Origin: Amoebidium appalachense
Lineage: Eukaryota > Protista > Ichthyosporea
Assembly: GCA_963693365.1 (NCBI GenBank)
Contig: CAVNZM010000017.1
Span: 1,031,989 to 1,095,988 of the forward strand
Direction of reading: 5' to 3'
DNA: 64,000 bases
Part shown: piece after piece, positions 1-30,589 of the stretch
Layout of the letters: each line of letters starts with the position of its first letter
Position numbering within the stretch: position 1 is the stretch's first letter
Notes under the pieces: model-generated
Told to the model about the DNA's origin: nothing
Database searches by the model: none
What the model saw: only the letters and a program-made list of their open reading frames with translations
Program-made: the position numbers and the translations under genes

Positions 1-727
1 TCGCCTTGCTCCAGGGGAACCGTCCAGTAAGTAGGCTGTACAAAACTATCCCGGCTGACCACACGTCGCATTTTGTAAGATCGTTGGCCTTTCCAGCGAA
101 GATTTCAGGGGCGAGATATGGTACTGTCCCTGACGCGCGCCCGATGGCTTCTTTGTCGTCCAGACGGCTGGCATATCCAAAGTCGATGAGTTTGAGTGTG
201 CGTCGGTCTTCGGTCAAGACACAGTTCTCCCCTTTCACGTCACGGTGTACAAAACCGTGTGAATGCAACGCGTCCAGCGCGGAAAAAAGTTGAAATGAAT
301 AGTATAGTGCTATACGTGGGTTGAGCCCGGTGTCGGGGGGGATATTGTCAAGAAGATCACCACCGGAATAGTAGGGAAGAACAAATACGACCGTGTTGTT
401 CTCTAGGTGTCTCGTTTCAATGAGCTCACCGATGTTTTTGTGCTTTAGTGATGTTGCGGCGAAGTGAACAGCCTCTTCACGCGCTAGCTCACTGACGTTG
501 TTTCTTGTTCTCTTGACGCGTTTTAGCACTACGGTTTGGAGTGTAACTTGGTCAACAGCAATATCTACACAGCCACTTGCACCGGAACGAACATTAGGGC
601 GAACGACATGGTAGCGTTGTGAGATTGAGCGTTGTCTGCCGGTAGAGTGTGAAAGGGATGATGATATTGTGGGTGCATACGAGTTTTGTAGCGCGCGCTG
701 TGCGGGTGACACGCTAGTTACCGCCAT
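1..727 (-). CDS. Ser/Thr protein kinase (CAMK-like), intronless in the visible part, 3' end outside window
   Basis: Manual translation from ATG at 727: MAVTSVSPAQ...RSGASGCV...VVLKRV...HKNIGEL...YYSGGDLFD...VHRDVKGENCVL...LKLIDFGYA...GTVPYLAPE...KCDVWSAGIVLYSLLTGRFPW. Kinase subdomains I-IX are present. The ORF track missed it because no stop lies inside the window. Confidence 0.95.
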   Translation of the reverse strand, partial: MAVTSVSPAQRALQNSYAPTISSSLSHSTGRQRSISQRYHVVRPNVRSGASGCVDIAVDQVTLQTVVLKRVKRTRNNVSELAREEAVHFAATSLKHKNIGELIETRHLENNTVVFVLPYYSGGDLLDNIPPDTGLNPRIALYYSFQLFSALDALHSHGFVHRDVKGENCVLTEDRRTLKLIDFGYASRLDDKEAIGRASGTVPYLAPEIFAGKANDLTKCDVWSAGIVLYSLLTGRFPWSKA

Positions 728-799
728 TGTTTCCTAGCTGGTGGTGTCTGTATAATATCACAACCAGGAAAACAGGCATAAAGTGCAAAAAAGTCAGAA

Positions 800-920
800 T
801 AAATCACTCACATGACTCAAGAGTCTCAGCTGTCTAGACTTTGACTCAAAAGAGGTCATGGCTTGTTATATAGTGCCACATCATTGCACTTTATTGGCCG
901 CTCCCTCCGGCCAATCCGGA
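800..920 (-). promoter_or_regulatory. Putative kinase promoter with two AP-1/GCN4 sites and two CCAAT boxes
   Basis: TGACTCA at 813-819 and 842-848, ATTGG at 893-897 and CCAAT at 911-915, all 85-190 bp upstream of the kinase ATG. Confidence 0.45.
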
Positions 921-1199
921 AACACAACATGTGCCCCAGACTGGATATGTACCGTGCCTGCCTTTCTGTCCGCGCACAAGATACCCAAATCTGCGTCGCG
1001 GCCGCTGGCACAGATGAGTGTAGACTTAGAGACCTACTTCTCTTCAATATACTGTACTTACATTTCGCGTTGACTAGAGCACTGCTATATATTAGGTTAT
1101 TTTCATAAATTACTATATTGCGTTCTTGACGGGACCGGGCGCTTTCGGAAACAAAAAAAGAAAAATCTTGTACGCGGCACGTCATCCGCGGCTATTGAG

Positions 1200-1400
1200 C
1201 TGTTAGCCAATCGGGTTTCAGTTTCGCATACTCTATATTTGGCTATTTATCAATTCGGAGGAGAAAATCGGTGAGCATTCATCCAATCGAACTTGATTTA
1301 TGATTTCCTACAAAACGATTGGCTCAGGAAGTTAGGAATTTAAAAATGAGTAAACAGACCATCCTATTGGAGGGAAGGTGTATTCGGAAAACCAATCGCT
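1200..1400. promoter_or_regulatory. CCAAT-box cluster (NF-Y-type)
   Basis: Five CCAAT/ATTGG boxes in ~190 bp at 1207, 1283, 1318, 1366 and 1392. Confidence 0.4.
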
Positions 1401-1909
1401 AGGGCGGAAAAAACTCGAGTGAGATCTCCGCTGTGACGGTGTGATCCCGTTATCACGCAAGTCCGGTGTCACAGAAACACAAAACAGGTTGCAGAAGTAG
1501 CAATCGCTGACATTATAGGAGTAACAATAAAACCATACATCCGTACCTCTTCCATCTTTACATGAACTATGAACAAGAAACTACACGTCTGCGAGACTGT
1601 TGCCAACCATGCATTATTGCAACGCCCCGCTAACACCCAGGAATGTCCAGTGGAATGCGGGGTGCCCGACCCCGCGGGGGATATCCGATATCCGGACAGT
1701 TCACTGATTGAGCTCAGCCTCAGAGGAGGCTTCCCCACATCTTGAAAGTATTTACATAGCTCCTTCACACTTGAAATGGTCTTGAATTCACACTTCATTG
1801 CCCTTGACGACGCTTTCATTGAATTTCATTGTATCCAAGCGTACTTACAGTAACTTTGGCTGGGTTTGCCCCCCCCCCCCCCCCCTCTGGGGGGGGGGGG
1901 GGGGGGGGG

Positions 1910-8330
<6,421 letters not shown>

Positions 8331-10341
8331 GTTCCTGGGCACAGTGATCATATATGCATGGACATGAACCTGTCGGCACACGGCCGAGCCGTGAGCCGTG
8401 CATGTCCCGGATTTGCCGGTACGTGTGTGTTTTGTATTGCGTGTGTGACATGAACAGGTTTTGTACACGTGACCATGGATGTACAAGTACGTGTGTGCGA
8501 GAGTGTGTGGGTCTAGGCCTGTACTACCGTGTTTATGCATGTGTACATGTCTTTATACATATGTGTGCCTGTGTGCCACATGTGAGTGTCATTTTCTTGT
8601 GTGCGCGTGTTTGCTTAGCGCGCATGCACGGCGTTTGCCTTAAATCTGGTCGCAAGTGCACGGCTTGTCCACAGTGCCCTGTGTGTTTGTGCCAAAATAA
8701 AAAAGATACTAGACAGAAATGAATAATAATAATAAACTATAAAAAAAAGCAGGAATACAGATCACAAGCTCGTTTGTTACACGTTTGTCACAGATCTGTC
8801 GACCTTTCAAGCAAACACTGCCATACATACTTGTCAAGATAAGGTGCGTGCAAGTACCGTCGTGGATTCATCGAGGAGGGGGCGGGGGTTTGGGGGTTTT
8901 GTTTTTTGTGTGTGGGGCGGGGGGGGGAGGGAGGGAGGGGCGGGGGGGATGGGGGGGGAGGGGGGGGGGGGGGGGGGGGGAGAAGAAGAAGGATTATGCC
9001 ACAATGCAGGCCACATGTGCACCCCAGTTTGGCGCCATTTTTATCTACCCGAATAGTTTTGCGTCACCCTCCGAGCAACCAGATTGACCAATCATAATGA
9101 AGATTGTGAATTGATCGACCACTGGTTGGCTTGAATGTCAGTATCTATACGCAATTTTATTGGATGTGAGGTAGCCCGCAGATCTATTTAGTTTTAGTTG
9201 GGCATGCCCCATTTTTCTACGTGTAGAATCAGGATTTTTTGGATAGAAAGAGCAAGGTAAACGGACATCATAACGTTTATGTGTTACATTCCCAAAATAC
9301 ATTCCCAAAATATATTTATCCAACTTGTAGTATGATTAAACATATAGCCCGTCAGTTCGATCCTCGAGAAAGGTTCAATTACAGATCTGTCAATCTATAG
9401 CTAGACTCTCAGGAATAAGTCTACATTTGTGTAATTTATACTATGGTGGGGGCGAGTAAATAGTGGGCTTGAAAGTGTACAGTAGTAGTAGATCCCTAAG
9501 GGTAACTCTAACGAGTGATTCGGCTTTTTTACAACAAATTCTGAAAGATCTCGCACCCCATCCCGGCTTCGGCTTCAAAGAGCCGCCCGTTCGGCCTTTT
9601 TAAGCCCAAACGAAAGTCCCTACTTGCAATACATGTTCTGCTTATAAAAATAGTTGAATGTAGCGTATGTATGAATACAGCCTGTTGCAGACCTTTTTCA
9701 AGTTTTGGTTACTTTTTATATACTCCGGTATCAATTACGTAAAGAAATCACGTGCGCACGCATGCTTGTCTATGTCACCGGCGACCAACAGCTGCAACTC
9801 ACTACGTTATCGATATCACCCTGACATTTTTGGGATGCACCTGCACCCCGAGGACACTTCAACCTAGGCCTTATCACAGGTCACACCAATATTAGACATC
9901 AGTACAAGTGTGATTTCAACTCTATTCCACACTGGAATCTCACACCCGTTATGTTTATGTGTTACATGGGCTGGAAAGCGTAGAGACAGTTGAGCAAACA
10001 CTCAGCCTGCATACTCGTGCATCGTGCACATGTGATTGCAGCAAGTGTACCATACCGTAAACTGCGTTTTCACACGGTAAATCTAAAGCTCGTTTTTCCG
10101 TACGAAATTTATGGCTTATAAATAGTCTGGTTTTGTTACAGTACTACAGCCGGTGCAGCGAGCTACGAATAGTGGATATAGAGGGGGGTGCAGCCCGGAC
10201 CGGAAGATCTCCCAGCTTCCTATTTTTTATTCAGTAAAAAATTTGAGATTTCAAAAAAACTCCTCTGGCATATACACATCACGGTAGTATTCCACATTAG
10301 GCATTTCTTCTGCTTTGCCTAACATCCGTAACATCTGTACT

Positions 10342-13101
10342 ATGACTTTGAAAATGTCAAACAGGACCTCAGGAACTGCGGCTGCTTCCTCCGTGCTAGG
10401 GAGACTGGCACGGTCGCGGGTTGTTCAGCTAGCCGCATTTGGTATCGTGGTACTATTCACCGTATATTCTATGGGTGTTGGGCAATCAGACGTAACAGTC
10501 AGAATTGTCGGTGAGAATACGGTAGACCATCATGTGGCGAATACGAATGTGACTCTGGGTGGGTTTAAAGATGTTGGCAATGACGACGACAAACACGTGC
10601 AGGGACCACGGGAAATCGACGAGAAAAACTGGGCTGGCGGATTGGACGGAGACGAGCATTATGTTGAAAGTCAGGGGGGAATAAGTAATGTCGACACACA
10701 GGAGGAAGAGGACAAGACGACGGATGAGGAGGATGTAATCACACCACCCCTCAAACTCCTCCCTGTCGACATAGGAACTTTTTCGGCGTATTTCCGCCAG
10801 TTTGCGCCGGACCTTTTCCGCATGGAAAAAGACCACAAACTTTCGTACGACCCCATGAATCATGAGGTAGTGGGAGAGCAGTTACGTGCGACACTTCTAG
10901 CACTGGATTTGTGGGAGGGTATTCACAGAGTGCCGACAGAGGATGGTGGTAGTCGATATGCCCCTGAGGAAGAGGTGCAAGCGGCATTGCAGGATGCGAT
11001 TGGAAAGGGAATAGACGTGGGGTAAGTGGGTGTACTGCACTGTTTGCCAATGACATGGGTTACACACGTGGGGTGGGGCGAGAGTGAGAAGCCAAGTAAT
11101 GTGTGTGTAACGAAAGCCGGAGGGAGGAGGGGACGGGGGGGGGGGGGGGGGAGGGGGAGAGGGGGGTAGGAGAAGGGGGTAGGGGCTCGGGGGGGGGGGG
11201 GGAGGGGGGGGGGTATAGGTTTTTTTTTTTTTTTTTTTTTTTGAGGGGCGGGGAATGAGGGGTCAGAGGCGGAAGGGGGTGGATACGGGCATACATGCAC
11301 ACCGGCACGTCCACGCACATGTACTTGAAAAAACGCGCACATTGTGACGCTTTAACGGACGTTAATGTATTCAAAATGCATGTCCCTAAATCCATCCACC
11401 GAAGACCACGAGCATGCATGTGCACACCCATGTGTACTGCACGCATATATTGGAAGTGAATGCTCGTGCAGGCAATGTCAAGCTTACAAACGCAGGCACG
11501 TACGTGTACACGTGCTTCCCCACATCACGTGCATGCATGCACGTGCAAACACACAGCAACGAGAAACGACTCTGTGATTGTTGCTACGCACATCATATCC
11601 GTATGCTGCACATGCATCTATTTTTACACACACACCAACACCTGCGCATAATTCCCGGTCCGTGTATGATTGCAACCCCGTGCACCTGAACAACCCATGC
11701 ATGCACAAACAAATGCTCAACACAAAAAGTCACGGCAGACAATGCAACATGCATCCGTTCTCATCGGCGGGTGATCCCATTGTCATAATATTACAATTTG
11801 TGCATCACTGAGTAATAAGTACAAACACCATCGTGATTTCAAGTGTGCATTCATAGGACGCACCTGTTAGAGATATATAACTTGTGCAAGAAGAGTAAAA
11901 CACAAAAACGTAAAAAGGCATGACATCTAATCTTACAATTTTCGATCGCAGGGTAACCATGGCGCAGTACATTCAAGCGCGTGATTTTGTTCGGCGAATG
12001 GAGCGCAACGTTTTTCATTGGCTGCCAGAGACCCAGTCAGTTTTGGCGCTTAAACACAGCTTCACCAATCAAAAGGGCCTCGTTACCACTATGGGAAACC
12101 ACCAATTCGCCAGCGGCTATTCTACCCTTCGCGTTTTGCGTGAGCGGGGATGCAAGCTCCCGTTCGAAGTTTTCTACCTCGGTGAAAACGATTTGACTCC
12201 GGAAAACAGGAAAAGGTTAACGGATCTCGGAAACACGTGCGTGGTTGACATAAACCCTATGGTACGTACGCGGCTGGGTGGGTGGGAGGCCAAACCCTAT
12301 GTTCTTCTCTTTTCTTCCTTCCGCGAGGTAGTGATAATCGATTCTGATAGTCTTTTCCTGCAACCCGCCGAACGCGTTTTCGAACAGCCCGGATACGTTG
12401 AAAACGGCGCATTGTTTTTCCACGACCGCAGTATTGGCGGTGGGAAGGAAAGGAAGGTTATTGATTGGATAAACCAGCTTCTACCTGGTCACCGTACGGA
12501 GGCAAATCTTCACGTTATGCGTTCGCGGTACATGAACGGGAAAACGTCGCACGAGCAGGAGAGCGGTGTGGTTGCCATCGACAAGGGGTGGCGTTTTGGT
12601 GCTCTTCTCGCCGTTTGTCAACTGAACGCTGAGAAAGAGCGTGATGTTTCCTATAAGTTTGTATATGGCGATAAGGAAACGTTTTGGTTGGGTTTTGAGA
12701 TGGTGGGTGATTCTCATTGGGCGTTTTCGCCGTTTGTCCCCGGTTCATTGGGTCCGATTTGGCCTCTTGCAAAGGAAGATCAGGGGAAGGAATGGGTCGC
12801 AAACGTCTGTTCTTCAAAAATTGTTCACCTCGACGCAAACGCGAAACCTCTTTGGTTCAACGGTGGGTTGTTGAAGAGTAAGTTCGTAGGGGATGATAGG
12901 AAGGAACTTGATTCGCTCGAATACTGGGCGATCGAGCCCGGTCATTGGTTGCTTAAGGACGATAACATTGGGTGCCTTTTAACAACCACGCAGCCGAAAA
13001 AGGTGGAGGGGGAAATGGCCCAATGGATTTCGCACCATCAGAAAGTGTTTGCGGAGGTTGCTACACATCTGCCTAAAGTGCATAAGGGTGGGAAGGAATA
13101 G
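10342..13101 (+). CDS. GT71 alpha-mannosyltransferase (Mnn1/Mnt-like, Mannosyl_trans3), type II membrane protein, ~609 aa, 2 exons
   Basis: Exons 10342-11021 (GG|GTAAGT) and 11952-13101 (CGCAG|G) join in phase 2, total 1830 nt. N-terminal TM helix (VVQLAAFGIVVLFTVY) and acidic stem, then LPFEVFY, GWEAKPY...SSFREV..IDSD (DxD), GALFFHDR, EQESGVVAIDK and YGDKETFW motifs typical of GT71. Confidence 0.92.
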
Positions 13102-13400
13102 GGCATAGGACCGGCGAATGTGGGTGGTTTTTATATAGTTTATACGTTTTACACGTTTTTATGGTTTTGTTTTTATTTGCACTGCTTGATCTTGGTGACT
13201 TCTGGACTGGTGAGTGTCTGTGAGCTATATCATTATATATCGATTCACTTTTTTTTTTTTTTTTTTTTGTAGATTTATGCTTCAAGCTTTAGAGTGGCAC
13301 AGTTAGGCTAGTGTTCGTGATCTTAAAAAGTAAAGAATCAAGCTGATGATGAAGGAAACGAAATCCGTATGATGATAGCAAAAGAGTTTTTTTTTTTTTT

Positions 13401-13445
<45 letters not shown>

Positions 13446-14349
13446 TAACTTAGTCTTAATCAACAGCATTCGTTTTTTATTTGTGTTTTCGTGTTGTGCA
13501 ACTTGGCTCCGAAATGTCATGAAGTGGCTTGCTTTGCTAACCTTTTCCCCTTGAAAACGTTTTTTTTTTTTTTCTTTTTTTTTTTTTGTGGTGGTGGTGG
13601 TGGGGGAGGGGGTGGGGGGGTGGGGGGGGGTGGGGGTGGGGGGGGTGGGGGGGTGGGGGAGGGGGAGGGGGGGGGGGGGGGGGGGGGAGGGGGGGGGCAG
13701 GAGGAGGATTCCGATTTATGTGGGAAGGCAGCACTTCCATTGGGCAACAGACCCAACCCCAATTCTGTGTGAACTTTAGGCTGCTGTGAGTTGTATATGT
13801 ACATAGTCACTGCGTTGAATAGGAGGCTCCAAGTGTATGAGGTCTACCTATGTGATACATTTGTGTTTAGCCCACCGTGTCCATCTCATCCCCTCCCTCC
13901 CTCCTCCCCCCTCCCGTCCATCCCTCCTCCCCCTGTCCCATTAAAAAAAAAAAAAGAAAAAAAAAACTTTTAAAAAATCGCCCCTGCCCAACCCCTAACA
14001 CCCCTTCTCCTCCTCCCCCCCCTCCCCCCCCCCCCCCCCCCCTCCCCCCCCTCCCCCCCCCCCCCTTCCCCTCCCCCCCCTCCCCCCTCCCCCCCCCTCC
14101 CCCCCCCCCCCCCAAAAGCACACCAACATAGAGCACGATAAACCGATCTATCATCTCCTAAACGTGCCAAGCCACACGAAGCCATTGAAGAACCACCCAA
14201 AAAACAATGACGAGGTGATGGGATGTCGGTGACAAAAGCAGCATTAGATTGACAATGTAACAATTCCTGCCGGGGGAGGGGGAGGGGAGGGGGGGGGGGG
14301 GGGGGGGTGGGGGGGGGGGGGGGAGGTCTTATTCGCAGACACGTCCAAG

Positions 14350-14385
<36 letters not shown>

Positions 14386-14827
14386 CCCACCCCGGAACAC
14401 CCACACGCACACTGGCATCTAAAGGCACACACACCCCTGGCCCACCATCACATCCCTTGATTGGATGCATGTACTGAAAGCAACGACTCCGGATCCCTAT
14501 GCGCATGTTTTCAATGCATATGCACTGTGCTCATTCACACAGTCTCCAGACTTTCTTCGGAGTCCCTATTCTTTTTAACGGTCGTATTGGCGGACATCAA
14601 ATGATTTCCTGATGATGACTAAGTCTTGTATCTGCTGGTATACTCCGTCCCTCAATCCCCCCCCCTCCATCCCACCCCCTTCTCCCCCTCCCCCCCCTCC
14701 TCCTTCTTTCTCTCTCGCTCACTTCCTCATACACACACAGAGTTTCTCTTCTCCCTCTCCCATGCTCTCTCACTCAGCCAAACCCCCCCCCCCCCCCCCC
14801 AATCTCTCACTCACCCAACCTCCTCCC

Positions 14828-14858
<31 letters not shown>

Positions 14859-15344
14859 CCCCCCTCCCCCCCCCCCCCTCCCCCCCCCCCCCCCCCCCCC
14901 CTTTTTTTTTTTTTTGATGGCAAAAAGTTTTTTTAGAGGTTGTGGGCCCGGATGCCTAGACCATTGACAGCCTTCGGAGTTTTTTTTTTTTTTTTTTTTT
15001 TTGGGGGGGGGGGGGGGGGGGGAGGGGGGGGGGATCAATAAAAGCCGTTTAAGACGTTGGGCGTGGGAGGGAAAAGGGGGAGGCCGAAGAGGGGAAGGTC
15101 ATGAACTCGCAAGTCGACTATTCACGATGTCAGTGAGATTCATTTATAGGTTGGGAGAGGGGAAGTTGGGGGGGGGGGGGGGGGGGGGAGAGGGCGGAGG
15201 TGCAGAGAGGATGTTGGAAATGATGATATTTGCGGCCGGGGGGGGGGGGGGGGGGGGGGGAGGGGGGGGGAGAAGGGGAGGGGGGAGCCTGACAATCTCA
15301 AGGGTGGGTGTAATAATTCCAAATCTAACTACATGCACGTGTGC

Positions 15345-15382
<38 letters not shown>

Positions 15383-15842
15383 TCCGCACACACACACAAA
15401 CCATCCCCCCCCCCCCCCCCCCCCCGCACACAGATATGTCCATAATCCGCTATATGATGCATATCATGATTTCATTTATCCATCCCCCCCCCCCCCCCCC
15501 CCCCCCCCTCCCCTCCCCCCACCCCCCCTTATGCCTCACAACCACATGCCCCTCCCTCGCCGGGATCCCCCTCCCCTCCCCCCCTCCCCCCCCCCCCCCC
15601 CCCCCCCCCCCCTTCTCTCTTGGTTTTTGCTACGGACATGTCTGGGGGCCCACCGGCCCACCCCCACCTATCGGCCTACTGCATTTTCGAGCACAGCCAA
15701 TCAGATGCAGTCGGTAAATGAACATGTGTGCATGGTGAGCGTCTTAGAGAGCAGGAACTTGTACCTACTTTGACTTTTCTCAGTCTAGAGACCGGGTATG
15801 GGGAGAGGCGGGGTGGGTGGGTGGGTGGGGGGGGGGGGGGGG

Positions 15843-15874
<32 letters not shown>

Positions 15875-16344
15875 TGTACCGGGGGAAATGGCTTTCCCCC
15901 CCCCTATTATAAGCTACAATTGTAGTATTTATTTATTTTAGTTTACTAGATTGATTGTTTATTCCTTTTTATTCACTGAACGATTTTTTTTGGTTTTTTT
16001 GGAGGGGGCGGGGGGGGGGGGGGGGGAGGGGGGGGAGGGAGGGGAGGGGCGGGACGGGGGGGGGAGGGAGACGGGGGCTGGGTTGAAGTTGCTGTGTTGA
16101 AGTTATTGTTGCCTTGTATTATCTCAGAGCGACTGTGCATGCACAAAGGGGCAGTTTGAAAGAACGAAACAATGTGGGGAGCCCAGGCCACCTTTCAAAC
16201 CGAGGGGTATCGATATCCACATGCAACATGTTGAACGTAGAATAAAAAATAGCCAAGCTAATTTGTATCAAAGAAAGATAATTTGAGACAGGCTGCCAGG
16301 GTCGAGACGGAGGAACGGGGTGGAAGGGTGGGGGGTGGGTGGGT

Positions 16345-16377
<33 letters not shown>

Positions 16378-16833
16378 GGGGGGAGGGGGGGGGGGGAGGG
16401 GAGGGGAGGAGCACATGTTTGCAACTACTCGCATACTTCAAAACCTTTGATGATCAATAATCGGGGGGACTCGGGAGGTGGGGTTGCAGGGGGGGCGCGG
16501 GAGGTAGGGAGTGCCATGGGAGGATGGAGGGCGGGTTTATTTATGTGTGTGTGTGTTGGGGGGGGGGGGGGGGGGGGGAGAAAGGAGGCATATATGGGAT
16601 TTGGAGCTTCATAAAGGCCCTGAGACTAGTTGCGCAAAGAGGTTGTAGAGTGGAGCAACGGCCGCGCGGCAGCACGGGGGCTTAGTAACATGCATCGAGG
16701 TGCACTGTGTGTGCATCTATAGTGTCGGTGTCCGTGGTAGTATGCAGTGGTGGTAGTGGTGGTCGTGCGTGCGTGTGCGTGTGTGTGTGCGTGTGTGCGT
16801 GTGTGTGTGTGCGTTTATGTGTGTGTGTGTTTG

Positions 16834-16872
<39 letters not shown>

Positions 16873-17008
16873 GGTGTGCCACAGGCTGTGCGCGTGTATC
16901 TGTGTACGTGTGTGTGTGGGTCCGACTTTGTGTGTGGGTGGGTGTGTGCTGTGTGTGTGTGTGTGTGTGTGCGTGTGCGTGTGCGTGTGTGCGTGTGTGT
17001 GTGATTGA

Positions 17009-17040
<32 letters not shown>

Positions 17041-17164
17041 GCGTGTGTGTGTGCACGTGTGTGCCTGTCACGGCGTATGTGACGGTGGTTGTCTGACGGG
17101 CGTTAGATCTAACACGTACTGACGTGTTGCCGCAGGTGCGACGTTTAACATCTACGGTCCCTTT

Positions 17165-17195
<31 letters not shown>

Positions 17196-17286
17196 GAAAG
17201 GAGACTCCGCCTCAGTAGGTGGTAGGCGTTAGATCTAATTCCGCAGGCCGGCGGCAAGATCTAATTTGCAAATAATACTACACGTC

Positions 17287-17318
17287 CACGGCCATCTAGG
17301 TGTTTCTAGATGGCCGTG
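17287..17318. mobile_element. 32-bp ultra-miniature hAT-type MITE
   Basis: Perfect 13-bp TIRs CACGGCCATCTAG / CTAGATGGCCGTG around a 6-bp spacer (GTGTTT), flanked by a perfect 8-bp direct repeat TACACGTC (17279-17286 and 17319-17326). Confidence 0.85.
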
Positions 17319-17955
17319 TACACGTCTAACCTTTGCGTTTCTGTTTCATTACTATATAAGCACAGAAAAGGTTATTATAAATATTTGAAACTGTTTTATA
17401 ATAGCAGTATATAGCTCTATTTTGCATTTGCACAGTCCGTAGCGTGAAAGATAACTATACTATATCCCCACCTTTCCCTTGTTTTGAGGGTTATACTGGG
17501 CTCAACTTGTCCCGCGTTTTTTTTAATGACACATACTCCTGTTTCAGTGTTTGAAGCAAGCTTGCAGCTTGAGTATATAAAGCAGCAATGGCGTCACTAA
17601 CACCTGAACCCGACCAGAAGTAAGCAATGAATTTTACGTTTCACGTCCTCCCCCCCCCCCCCCCCCCCCCTCTCCCCCCTTTCCCCTGCCCACCCACCCC
17701 TATAAATACACTCTCCATTAGTGCATCCATCCCCACCATCCCCCACCGTGACTCCCAACCACCTACCCACAGGTCCCACCCGTCATAGTTAGAACTCGGT
17801 AATTGCACAGTTACAGAAACGCACACGTATGCACACACAAGCAGTATACTAAAAATTTAAAAAAGTTGCTGTCGTGAGCTTGAAGGTGCAATGGCGGCTT
17901 TTGGTTAGTATGCGGTTGCACCTTTGCCTGCAATCACAGAAGAACTAGAGCAATA

Positions 17956-28480
<10,525 letters not shown>

Positions 28481-28707
28481 GCTTTCGATTGGATAGACCA
28501 TTGCCTTAAATGGAAATAGTTTGGGGTTTGGCACATTTAACTTTAGTTGTGAGATTTGGATGGCACCTTTAATAGTCGCAGTGACTAATTCAAGCCTAAT
28601 ATTAGTTCGTGATAAGCAGTTTTCTTTCGTCTTCTTCTTATTGTCTATTCAAATGAAGAAAGACGAACACACATATGCAAACATATACCATATACACACA
28701 ATTTGCA

Positions 28708-28740
<33 letters not shown>

Positions 28741-29324
28741 ACACACTATCTACATTTTTAACTCTTGCCCGCTTTGAAAATGACTGGAAGTGTGAATCTG
28801 TGCAGATGATTTTTCCTGTGGCTGGAATACAGCAATATAGATATTAGCCCAAGACGTGTACGTGTGTGTGTGTATGTGTGCCGGTGTGTGCCGATGTAAT
28901 GTTCGTGTGCGTCTGTGTGTGTGGGGAGGGGGGGGGAGGACATGTTTTTTGTATGTTTGTTCGTGGTGTTTATTATGACATTTTATTAATTTCAAACTGG
29001 CATAAAAAATTATAAGCCAAATCGGCGCAAGTTTTTAGAGGAGCCATTACATGGCTTTTAATTGAATTTTGATTTTAGATGCATTTTTCTTTCCACGTGA
29101 ACATATGAATTATTAGCTCGGTCACTTAGATTGATTTTATGTTGACGATCTCAACAGCATTAACTTTTAAAGCCCGGCTTGCAGTGGCCAATTAATTATA
29201 AATTAACGGCACACTTTTGTGCCAATTGAAAGCACTCTGCGATTAAAAGCATGTGTTTGTGATCACAGCAAGCTTGCATGTGTGTTTGTACACCTACACT
29301 TGTCAAAGTGTCTCTCTAATTCTG

Positions 29325-29371
<47 letters not shown>

Positions 29372-29824
29372 TGTGTGTGTATGTTGTAGAGGGGAAATAG
29401 AAAGGAAATAGATGACAGAGAGTGATAAATAATAATAATCGGGCTGGTTGACCATATATTTATAGATTATAGCGTGTACAAGCAGTGTAATAAGAACCAG
29501 TGAGCTTACAAGGGTGCTCTGTCAACGTTAGTTACACCTAAATGAACGGTGACCTAAGGAGCGCATCACCACACGTTCATTAGCTAAGCGTTGGTCTAGA
29601 ATGTAAAACAATACAAACTAGCGGACTTAGTCCCTGCCTTAGGCGTCCCAAGTAGCTATATACGAACTGGTTCGAGTCGGTGTATGGCTATGTGTTGCAA
29701 TGGACACTGTAATTACAATTATAAACAATGATATACACGGCAATCGGTGAAGTGAGGTGTCAATCGATGGTCAAACAAGCCTTAATATATCCAAAATTCA
29801 TTCTGGGAGTCTTTTAGGGAACAC

Positions 29825-30382
29825 ATGGATACCCTCGCCAACATCATCGCCGTAAACCGAGAAACTTCACACGATGTACGTGAACTGCTGGCGCCAGGTG
29901 CTTGCAATTTCGCCTTTAAGGACGGTTTCTATGTTGCGGTCATGTTCGACGATGCACGCATGTGGCCGTTGCATAAAGGGGAGGACTTAGAACTTCAGTA
30001 CAAGATTAACTGGTCCCACCCGGACACTAAAAGAGACGTCAACAGGTTCTTTCGGTCCCAGTTAAGAAACAGGGAGAAGGAGCTCTGGTGTGCAAATTAC
30101 CAGTTCTTCACCAAGAGGGCACAGTCTAGTGCAGCTGCCACAGCATACTATGGCTCCCCTATTGATATGGAGGAGTATCTCCCTGGTTTTTTAGATGAAA
30201 TGGGCAGCGAGGCTGATACCATGCCCCTTCCCGACTCATATTTGAACTTATGTGGGTTTGACGAGGATTCCCTGTTACCTGCCGGTACTCTCTCTGAGTC
30301 AGAGGAATCACACACTGATTCTGATATCGCTACCTTTCTCCATTCCGGCTCTAGTTTCTCTTTGAAGCCTATGCAACAGTAG
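29825..30382 (+). CDS. Hypothetical intronless protein, 185 aa; Trp-containing N-terminal domain and acidic Ser/Asp/Glu-rich C-terminus
   Basis: ATG-to-TAG ORF of normal complexity in repeat-poor sequence. No family could be confidently recognised. Confidence 0.55.
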   Translation: MDTLANIIAVNRETSHDVRELLAPGACNFAFKDGFYVAVMFDDARMWPLHKGEDLELQYKINWSHPDTKRDVNRFFRSQLRNREKELWCANYQFFTKRAQSSAAATAYYGSPIDMEEYLPGFLDEMGSEADTMPLPDSYLNLCGFDEDSLLPAGTLSESEESHTDSDIATFLHSGSSFSLKPMQQ

Positions 30383-30387
30383 TGCAT

Positions 30388-30458
<71 letters not shown>

Positions 30459-30589
30459 AACAAACAAACAAACCGGGACTATCGTCAATGTATGGGAGAA
30501 AGCTTAGGGGGCATTTTTGTATGTCGTACATGACATTGTATTGGTAGTCTATTGACGGTACATTCTACTTAATAATGATTTGTTCGCAT

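Noticed and set aside
6-293. 95-aa + strand ORF
   Set aside because: Antisense shadow of the kinase CDS.
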